Part shown: piece by piece, positions 26,302 to 32,000 of the stretch
How positions within the stretch are numbered: the stretch's first letter is position 1
How the letters are laid out: every line of letters starts with the position of its first letter
The notes under the pieces: model-generated
Seen by the model: the letters and a program-made list of their open reading frames with translations, nothing else
What the model was told of the DNA's origin: nothing
Databases searched by the model: none
DNA from: Chlamydiota bacterium
GTDB lineage: Bacteria > Auribacterota > JACPWU01
Assembly (NCBI GenBank): GCA_016196885.1
Contig: JACPWU010000020.1
Span: 64,650-96,649, forward strand
Length of the DNA stretch: 32,000 bases
Direction: 5' to 3'
Program-made: the position numbers and the translations under genes

Positions 26302-26451
26302 TTAAGGCTTGGTTTTGGGAAGACCCGTGCCGCGATCTCCATCCTTCCACTTCTTTCTCTTCTTCAATAATTCAATGCGCTCATAGCGTTTCAAAACATT
26401 TCTTTTGGAAGCAATTTTACCGCTCACTTTTAAACTAGAATGTTGTGACAT
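26302..26451 (-). CDS. Small basic protein, 49 aa, below the ORF-track cutoff
   Basis: Manual translation gives MSQHSSLKVSGKIASKRNVLKRYERIELLKKRKKWKDGDRGTGLPKTKP. GGAGGAAAGGG SD directly upstream. From memory it resembles the small basic protein family annotated in PVC-group bacteria (RNVLKRxERIExLKK...W..GD...GLPK). Confidence 0.6.
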   Translation of the reverse strand: MSQHSSLKVSGKIASKRNVLKRYERIELLKKRKKWKDGDRGTGLPKTKP

Positions 26452-26477
26452 CCCTTTCCTCCTTTTTCCGAAAATAT

Positions 26478-27437
26478 TTATTTTTTGTCTATCTTTAGTA
26501 AAATTTGTTCGACCTCCCTTTTTAAGGAATCTGTTTTAGCATACTTCAAGAATTTTGTAAAATAAGCCTTTGCCTTTTCAGGATCTCTATTTTTATAGAC
26601 CTTCCCTAATTTAAAATAAGCCAGAAAAAATTTAGGATCCAACTTCAAAGCCTCTTCATAATGGCGAATAGCCTCGTCTGTCATTTCCTTCAAGAGATAG
26701 GCATCCCCCAAATTATCCTCCACGAATGGATTCTTAGGATCTAAATCTTTGGCTTTGTTCAAATTAATAATAGCAAAATTAGGCTCTCTTTTCTGAACAT
26801 AAGCGTTTCCCAAATTGTTCAGGACATAAGCCAATTTAGGCTCAATCTCTAAGGCCTGGTTATACTCGCGAATGGCATCGTCAAAGCGCTCCAATTGGGT
26901 ATAGGCATTCCCTAAATTGTTATACCCATAAGCCGAATCTGAATCCAGCTCTGAGGCCTTTTTAAAATTTTCTGCGGCCTTTTCGAAATTACCCTGACCA
27001 TAATAGGCGTTTCCTAAATTGGCATAGGCCGGTCCAAATTTTTCGTCGCAATGAATCGCCTGTAAATATTCATAAATGGCTGCGTCCAATTTTCCCTTTC
27101 CCTCATAAAGCACTCCCAGATTGTTATGGACCACCGCCACATTCGGGTCCACCTGGACGGCCCCTTCATAAGCCTTGATCGCCTCTGTCTTCATGTTCAA
27201 CTGCTCATAAACACGGCCCAAATTATAATGGGCCCAGACCTGTCCAGGATAAACATTAATAGCCTTCTTATATTCCTTAACCGCCTGAAGATATTTTTCC
27301 TTTTCATAAAAGGTGTTGCCTCGCTCGACAATTCGACTCGCCTTTTCATAAAGGCCCTTCGCCTCGGGCGAAAGCTCAGAAGAAAAAGCCTGCACACTGA
27401 TGAGAAACATAACCAAAAGAAGGATACGAGCCATCAT
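26478..27437 (-). CDS. Secreted TPR-repeat protein
   Basis: Signal peptide MMARILLLVMFLISVQAFS followed by 8-9 canonical TPRs (A..Y..AL...P....A..NLG.AY). The ATG at 27437 overlaps the upstream stop (ATGA). Confidence 0.8.
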   Translation of the reverse strand: MMARILLLVMFLISVQAFSSELSPEAKGLYEKASRIVERGNTFYEKEKYLQAVKEYKKAINVYPGQVWAHYNLGRVYEQLNMKTEAIKAYEGAVQVDPNVAVVHNNLGVLYEGKGKLDAAIYEYLQAIHCDEKFGPAYANLGNAYYGQGNFEKAAENFKKASELDSDSAYGYNNLGNAYTQLERFDDAIREYNQALEIEPKLAYVLNNLGNAYVQKREPNFAIINLNKAKDLDPKNPFVEDNLGDAYLLKEMTDEAIRHYEEALKLDPKFFLAYFKLGKVYKNRDPEKAKAYFTKFLKYAKTDSLKREVEQILLKIDKK

Positions 27438-28723
27438 TTCTTTTCTCTTTCCTGAATCTGACTTAAAATTTTCGATGCCCACTCTCCGGAAGACCGGCTT
27501 GGAAATTGTCTCTTCAAATCCTCGAGAACCTTCTTCGCCTCATCCACTTTCCCCAAGGCCAACTCACTCAAGGAAAGGCAATAAAGGGCCTTGTCTTTAT
27601 TTTCAAAATCAGGATATTGGGCCAAAAGCTCTTTCAAAATATCTTTGGATTTCAAATAAGCCTTCACCTTTCCATAACTGTACCCCAAATACAGCATAAG
27701 CTGAGGAGTTTTTCTCCCTTCCTCTAAAAGACCTTCCAAAAGACGAATGGCCTCATCAAAAGATTCGTTGTCTAAATATTGATTGATCAAAACCCATTTC
27801 TGAAAAAGAGGGTCCTCCCCTTTTTTGGGCTCGGGCTTGTCGTATTCTTTCATTTTATTCAGCAACGTTTCAAAATCAGTCAAACCATCCAGACGATCTA
27901 AAATTTCTCCCTTAGAATTCAAAAAAAGGACAGTCGGGACCCCTTGAACAAAATATTTTTCGGAGATTTCTGAAACAGCCTTGGGATTTAACTTCACAGA
28001 AATAAAATTTTTTGCTTCTTCAATCATTTCTGGCTGTGTCAACACTTGATCTAGGAGAGCACGGCAGGCAAGAGCACTGGGAATCTGAAAAATCACCAAA
28101 AGATTTTTTTCTATGGAAGAATGCGTCGCGTCCGGTTGAACCGCTGCCATGTTCAAGACCTCCGCTAAATCATGATACCACCTGATGCGACTCTCCAACT
28201 TTTCAAGAGATTCCTGGGCAGCACGGCGAACATCCGAGCGCTCATCCCCCTGGGCTGCCTTTTCAAGAATAGGTTTTGCTCTCGGATCTGCGAGCTTGCC
28301 CAAAGAAAAGACGGCGGCCCATCGCACTTCCCAATTCTCATCCTGAGTTAAATCCATCAAAACCTTAAAAGAACTTTCCCCACAGCCTAAAAGACCTAGA
28401 CCCACCGCTCCCAACCTTCTTTGTTCAACACTCGAAGACAAAACCAATTGATTAAAAAATTCTTCCGTTCTCTGATCACCCATTTCAGCCAAGGCCTCAG
28501 CCGCAGCGTGGCGTACACTCATGGCAGGATCATGGATAAGGGCCTCGAGATCGGGAGCGCTCGCTGGATCGGCCAACTCCCCCAAAGCCACAACGGCCTC
28601 ATAGCGCACATCCTCACTCGGATCATGCAATTGTACAAGATCATCCTCCAGCTCCGAGGCCAAAACAACTCCCGGAAAATAAATGACGCTCCAAAATAAA
28701 ATAAGCCTACTCAACCATTTCAT
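27434..28723 (-). CDS. Secreted HEAT-repeat / thioredoxin-like-fold / TPR fusion protein
   Basis: Signal peptide. PBS-lyase-type HEAT repeats (DPSEDVRYEAVVALGELAD, DPAMSVRHAAAEALAEMGD, ENWEVRWAAVFSLGKLAD, SDVRRAAQESL). Thioredoxin-like segment ...VQGVPTVLFLNSKGEILDRLDG with only one Cys and no CxxC. C-terminal TPRs. Confidence 0.7.
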   Translation of the reverse strand: MKWLSRLILFWSVIYFPGVVLASELEDDLVQLHDPSEDVRYEAVVALGELADPASAPDLEALIHDPAMSVRHAAAEALAEMGDQRTEEFFNQLVLSSSVEQRRLGAVGLGLLGCGESSFKVLMDLTQDENWEVRWAAVFSLGKLADPRAKPILEKAAQGDERSDVRRAAQESLEKLESRIRWYHDLAEVLNMAAVQPDATHSSIEKNLLVIFQIPSALACRALLDQVLTQPEMIEEAKNFISVKLNPKAVSEISEKYFVQGVPTVLFLNSKGEILDRLDGLTDFETLLNKMKEYDKPEPKKGEDPLFQKWVLINQYLDNESFDEAIRLLEGLLEEGRKTPQLMLYLGYSYGKVKAYLKSKDILKELLAQYPDFENKDKALYCLSLSELALGKVDEAKKVLEDLKRQFPSRSSGEWASKILSQIQEREKK

Positions 28724-29027
28724 GAATCCACCTCAAATATTTTGAATCGCCTTCCTGAATAGGAAGGGCAATGACTTCTGGGACTTCATAACTGTGATTC
28801 TTCAAAATAAAACGCCGAACACGTTCAAAATTTTTCTCATTTGTCTTCATGAAAATCAAATGCTCTTTTTCAGAACAGACCTTTCCTTTCCAGACGAAAT
28901 GAGACTCAACAAAGCCTAAAATATTTGCACAAGCAATATGCTTTTCTTTAAGAAGACCCTGAGTCAAAAATCTTGCCTCTTTTAAAGAAGGCGCCGTCGT
29001 TAGAATCAGGACGAAACGCTCCCTCAT
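28707..29027 (-). CDS. cutA: Divalent-cation tolerance protein CutA
   Basis: 106 aa, with IACANI...S.F.WKGKV...E..L..KT and YEVPEVIALPI motifs. Confidence 0.88.
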   Translation of the reverse strand: MRERFVLILTTAPSLKEARFLTQGLLKEKHIACANILGFVESHFVWKGKVCSEKEHLIFMKTNEKNFERVRRFILKNHSYEVPEVIALPIQEGDSKYLRWIHEMVE

Positions 29028-29245
29028 GGATTCCCCATTTCAAGCCGATTTTTATGTCTCGGCAGTTGATCAAAAGAAGTCACCTGATTAGGATCATTTT
29101 CCCATCCCGGATTATAATCCATCGAGGGATTAAAATCCTGAGACTTTGCACAACTGATAAAGGAGAGGAAAGAGAAAAAAACAACGAAAAGCATTGGAAA
29201 TTTTTTACGTACAGAACTTAAGCGAACGGCTGATCTATAACTCAT
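29024..29245 (-). CDS. Small putative lipoprotein
   Basis: MSYRSAVRLSSVRKKFPMLFVVFFSFLSFISC with lipobox-like FISC. The 4-nt ATGA overlap with cutA suggests coupling. The track ORF start at 29419 would read through the RNA-like element, so I use the ATG at 29245. Confidence 0.5.
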   Translation of the reverse strand: MSYRSAVRLSSVRKKFPMLFVVFFSFLSFISCAKSQDFNPSMDYNPGWENDPNQVTSFDQLPRHKNRLEMGNP

Positions 29246-29291
29246 AACCCCCCATAGCCTCTGGATTATCTTAAGAGCTTCCCACCGCCAT

Positions 29292-29378
29292 CCCCCCCTT
29301 ACGACCGAGTCCGGGTACCCGCCGCAGCGGGTGGACGAGGAAGTGGTTGTAGCCAAGAGGCGAAAACCATTAAGGGGG
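29292..29378 (+). ncRNA. Candidate structured RNA motif, copy 2, with a 9-bp closing stem; strand tentative
   Basis: CCCCCCTTA (29292-29300) pairs with TAAGGGGGG (29370-29378). Hairpin ACCCGC-CGCA-GCGGGT. Hairpin GTGGTT-GTA-GCC-AAGA-GGC-GAA-AACCAT. See 25112-25179 for the paralogue. Confidence 0.45.
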
Positions 29379-29405
29379 GAGAGGGGGGTTACTTCCTTAA
29401 AAACC

Positions 29406-29774
29406 TCAACCTCTTTCAATCCCCATTTTTTGGGTCAGCCAATCATAAATCACCTTGGCAGGAGTTTTCTCCACCTCTTCTTCGGCATACAGCAAAGTGA
29501 CAACCCCTTTCAAGGCCTCATCTGCCAGGTCGCAGAGTTGTACCTTTTTGTCGGCTGCCTCTAACTCTTTCAAATAATTTTCTCGAAACTTTAGACCTAG
29601 ATTGGGATGTTCTCTGGACCACTCCAAAAGCGCATAAGAAGGAGCCAAATCCTTTAGCCATCGCCGAATCTTCATCGTATAAAGATCGGCCTCCCGAGGC
29701 CAAAGCCTTTCGATCAAAATCCTCTGCCCATCTTCTTCTAAAGGCATGTCATAAAGATTTTTTAATTTTAACAT
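29406..29774 (-). CDS. DUF488 (YeaO-like) family protein
   Basis: From the ATG at 29774: MLKLKNLYDMPLEEDGQRILIERLWPR...WLKDLAPS...VTLLYAEEE, matching the DUF488 pattern. The track ORF start at 29906 extends through the upstream palindrome and is rejected. Confidence 0.72.
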   Translation of the reverse strand: MLKLKNLYDMPLEEDGQRILIERLWPREADLYTMKIRRWLKDLAPSYALLEWSREHPNLGLKFRENYLKELEAADKKVQLCDLADEALKGVVTLLYAEEEVEKTPAKVIYDWLTQKMGIERG

Positions 29775-29829
29775 GAGAGGTGATGCGGTTTTAAAAGTGG
29801 AGCCTACATTGGGAAAAACAACTGCGGCC

Positions 29830-29883
29830 GTCATCCCAAGGACCCAGCCCTTTGTTAACAAAGGGCTGGGTCCTCGGGATGAC
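29830..29883 (-). terminator. 54-nt near-perfect palindrome (GTCATCCC...GGGATGAC), terminator-like, after the L,D-transpeptidase gene
   Basis: GTCATCCCAAGGACCCAGCCCTTTGTT / AACAAAGGGCTGGGTCCTCGGGATGAC, with one mismatch that becomes a G-U pair only in minus-sense RNA. A U-rich run (GUUGUUUUU) follows about 9 nt downstream on the minus strand. Confidence 0.6.
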
Positions 29884-29921
29884 ACCCTCCACTTCGAATG
29901 ACTCAACAGTCATGGACACAA

Positions 29922-30692
29922 CTACGGCACAACCAGAACCTGAGATCCGATGCTCACCCTATCATACAATTCTTCTGCATCTTGTGTGACCATTCGAATA
30001 CAGCCAAAAGAGGCGTCCTCTCCAATCGAAGAGGGATCATGGGTTCCATGAATCCCATAGCCATAGGGCGCAAATTGCATCCACCGCGTCCCCAGAGGAT
30101 AGCGGGGGTCATCTGCCTTAATTTGGGCGCGAGAATAGGGATCCGTCCAGGTCGGCCGAATCATTTTATTCATAATCTTAAAGTCTCCCTCCGGCGTACT
30201 GTCTTCTCTACCCGTCGCTACAGGGTAAGCCTTGACATATTGATCCTTTAAAAACAGGGTCAACGTCTTATCCTTTTTATGAACGACGATTCTAAAAGGC
30301 CCTTGAATCACCTTCAGTTTCTTCCCGACACGCAGAAGATGGGGATTTTCAATATGGTTCAACCTCTGAAGAAGCCCAACGCCCACATCATATTTTGAGG
30401 CAATTTCACTCAAAGTTTCTCCGGATTGAACTTCATATTCGAAGGCCATCTTTTCAATGTCTTCAAAACTCAAAGCCGTTGAAGAGACAGAGGGCTCAAC
30501 AGATTTCGTCTCCCCCCCCTTTTCAGAAACATCTGTCGAGGAAGAAGGGAGAAACTCGACCTGCATGTCCTCTTTTGGAATGGACGGGACAGAAAAAGAA
30601 ACTGGCCCGCTCGGCGCCTCCTGAACCACGCTTTTCTGGCATCCGGAAAGAACAGACAAAAGCAAAAAGAAAAATAAAAACCTTTTCATCAT
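29922..30692 (-). CDS. LysM-domain L,D-transpeptidase (YkuD family) lipoprotein
   Basis: MMKRFLFFFLLLSVLSGC lipobox. LysM segment YEVQSGETLSEIASKYDVGVGLLQRLN. YkuD catalytic HGT...SFGCIRM. Confidence 0.88.
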   Translation of the reverse strand: MMKRFLFFFLLLSVLSGCQKSVVQEAPSGPVSFSVPSIPKEDMQVEFLPSSSTDVSEKGGETKSVEPSVSSTALSFEDIEKMAFEYEVQSGETLSEIASKYDVGVGLLQRLNHIENPHLLRVGKKLKVIQGPFRIVVHKKDKTLTLFLKDQYVKAYPVATGREDSTPEGDFKIMNKMIRPTWTDPYSRAQIKADDPRYPLGTRWMQFAPYGYGIHGTHDPSSIGEDASFGCIRMVTQDAEELYDRVSIGSQVLVVP

Positions 30693-30743
30693 GAAAAGGA
30701 TTTTACAGAGAGCATCCATCAAAAGCCACACTAAAATATTTTG

Positions 30744-31238
30744 CTAAGACGCCTGACACGACCCCGTCTTCTCTCCCTCTTCTTTGCAACTTCTCGAGAA
30801 AAGGAGTGTGTCCAAAGAAAAGCATCCCGGCCCCGCAAAAACAAGACCCCATGAAAGGCCGATCAAAGCCAAACTGTATTCAATCCCATGCCCGACATTG
30901 GGCGTATTAAACCAATTCATAAAAAAACCATTGGCCCAATTCACTTTATAAATTGCTACCGCCATCACCGAGGCAAGGCCCAAAGCCCCTAAACGGGTCA
31001 GAAGTCCCAACAAAACAGAAACACCGCCTAAAAGCTCTGTAAATGCAGCAGCATAGGCCCAAGGAACGGGAATTCCCAGATTTTGATTTATAAAAGCAAC
31101 TGTTTGCGAAAGGCCATGCCCCCCCCACAAACCAAAAACCTTTTGACATCCATGGGCAATAAAAATCATTCCCAGGGCCAACCTCATCCATAAAAGCCCC
31201 CATTGAGCCAAATTACAACGCCAAGATGATTTTTCCAT
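30744..31238 (-). CDS. DoxX-family membrane protein
   Basis: RLALGMIFIAHGCQKVFG and four TM segments typical of DoxX. Confidence 0.8.
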   Translation of the reverse strand: MEKSSWRCNLAQWGLLWMRLALGMIFIAHGCQKVFGLWGGHGLSQTVAFINQNLGIPVPWAYAAAFTELLGGVSVLLGLLTRLGALGLASVMAVAIYKVNWANGFFMNWFNTPNVGHGIEYSLALIGLSWGLVFAGPGCFSLDTLLFSRSCKEEGEKTGSCQAS

Positions 31239-31270
31239 GAGTTCCCCTCCCTTTTTTTATCTTCTATGTA

Positions 31271-31279
31271 TGATACAAT
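31271..31279 (+). promoter_or_regulatory. Possible extended -10 element (TGATACAAT) in the divergent doxX / PDZ-gene spacer
   Basis: A TGnTACAAT match lies 14 nt upstream of the ATG at 31294. No good -35 and no SD. The divergent gene arrangement requires a promoter somewhere in 31239-31293. Confidence 0.25.
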
Positions 31280-31293
31280 AGTTTTTCAAAAAT

Positions 31294-31797
31294 ATGAAAA
31301 TTTTAAAAACACTTTTTTTAATGGGTTTTTTCCTCCCTTGCTTCAACATCCCTGTCGAAGGAGCAAAACGAGTTCTTCCAAAAGCACGCATTGAAAAAAT
31401 AGGTCCTCATCTTTGGAAGGTAGAGGAAAATGCATTTTTAGGCGAGGAAGATGCCTCTACTTTATTGGGAGAAGATGTTGTGGAACCCTCTTTTCTCACC
31501 GATGACACTCAAGACATCAAACTGATTCAAATTCATCAAAACAATCTTCTTCATCAAGCTGGCTTTCAATCAGGAGATTGCATCATTGCCGTCAATGGAA
31601 ATACCCTAGAAAGCGCTTGGAGCACCCTTTCCCTTCTCAAAGAATTGAGAAATACAAATTCAACCGTAACAGTTGAGTTTGCTCGGAATCGAAAAAGAAT
31701 GATTCATCAATATTTCTTTGAGGGGAATTCTCTGCAGTCTTTAACCCTTATTTTTATCCAAGAATTAACAGACTATCTCAATCCTTTTTCTACTTAG
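31294..31797 (+). CDS. Secreted protein with a PDZ-like (GspC-type) domain
   Basis: Signal peptide MKILKTLFLMGFFLPCF. PDZ-like core LLHQAGFQSGDCIIAVNGNTLES...VTVEFARN. Confidence 0.6.
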   Translation: MKILKTLFLMGFFLPCFNIPVEGAKRVLPKARIEKIGPHLWKVEENAFLGEEDASTLLGEDVVEPSFLTDDTQDIKLIQIHQNNLLHQAGFQSGDCIIAVNGNTLESAWSTLSLLKELRNTNSTVTVEFARNRKRMIHQYFFEGNSLQSLTLIFIQELTDYLNPFST

Positions 31798-31808
31798 CAC
31801 TCTTCTGG

Positions 31809-31872
31809 GTCATCCCCGAATGCTTTAGTCGGGGATCCATTCTGGATTCCCGCCTACAACCTGCGGGAATGT
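31809..31872. repeat. Double-hairpin palindromic repeat, copy 2 (compact form)
   Basis: GTCATCCCCGAATGCTTTAGTCGGGGATCCA, then TGGATTCCCGC-CTACAAC-CTGCGGGAATG. Same order and orientation as 9299-9412, but without that copy's ~29-nt spacer and enlarged second loop. Confidence 0.75.
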
Positions 31873-32000
31873 CTATGGAAAAGTAAGTCAAGGAAAAATT
31901 CTCCCCCTTAGCAATTTTTTGTTTTTTAAATTGCCTGATTTACGGTCTCCCCAATGAGAGAGCCGATGAACCATCATGAACCCGCTTTTACAGTTTTTCA

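Noticed and set aside
29246-29419. The N-terminal 58 codons of track ORF 29024..29419
   Set aside because: This stretch is the translation of the structured 29292-29378 element (Gly/Arg/Trp-rich, no signal peptide). The downstream ATG at 29245 yields a sensible lipoprotein precursor.
29775-29906. The N-terminal 44 codons of track ORF 29406..29906
   Set aside because: It reads through the 54-nt palindrome. DUF488 homology, as I recall it for YeaO, begins at the ATG at 29774.
1-32000. A CRISPR array or other regularly spaced repeats
   Set aside because: The repeats present are isolated hairpins at gene junctions, kilobases apart. There are no direct repeats with uniform 25-40-nt spacers and no cas genes.
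31893-32000. An open minus-strand frame (...KNCKSGFMMVHRLSHWGDRKSGNLKNKKLLRGRIFP*) and a plus-strand ATG at 31964 at the window edge
   Set aside because: Too little sequence is available to distinguish a real gene end or start from noise, and there are no motifs.

Overview
The window looks like a bacterial chromosomal segment, moderately AT-rich by eye. I found no rRNA, tRNA, CRISPR array, transposase or integrase. About 30 genes are present, nearly all on the minus strand in tight, often overlapping strings. In window order they are: purB (partial), dnaE, guaA, a GuaB3-type IMPDH-related gene, and a small Zn-ribbon membrane protein. Next comes a Ton-type cluster: a TPR giant, a plug-less beta-barrel, exbB, exbD and tonB. 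Then follow a UvrA-like ATPase with an apparent internal deletion, smc and folD. The last minus-strand string is an envelope operon: small lipoprotein, cutA, a HEAT/thioredoxin-like/TPR protein, a TPR protein, a small basic protein and an SH3b protein. After it come a DUF488 gene, a LysM-YkuD L,D-transpeptidase and doxX. The 49-aa small basic protein, recalled from memory as a PVC-group family, hints at an uncultivated PVC-related lineage such as Omnitrophota, but this is low confidence. The only multi-gene plus-strand island (21224-24060) encodes a GT2 glycosyltransferase, a divergent ParB-fold protein and a spore-photoproduct-lyase-like radical SAM enzyme with overlapping reading frames. It is my best candidate for an undescribed DNA-directed system. 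The intergenic DNA is unusually structured, with three separate element families. (1) A ~70-nt junction-like RNA motif occurs at 25112-25179 and 29301-29369, with a rearranged relative at 6315-6445. The first copy sits inside a 303-nt element closed by a perfect 24-bp inverted repeat. (2) Long imperfect hairpins built from CGT/ACG-rich low-complexity arms sit between co-directional genes. (3) GTCATCCC...GGGATGAC-type palindromic repeats occur at three sites, one of which splits exbB from exbD. I could not match any of these to an RNA family I know from memory. All function calls rest on motifs read from the translations, since no database search was possible.
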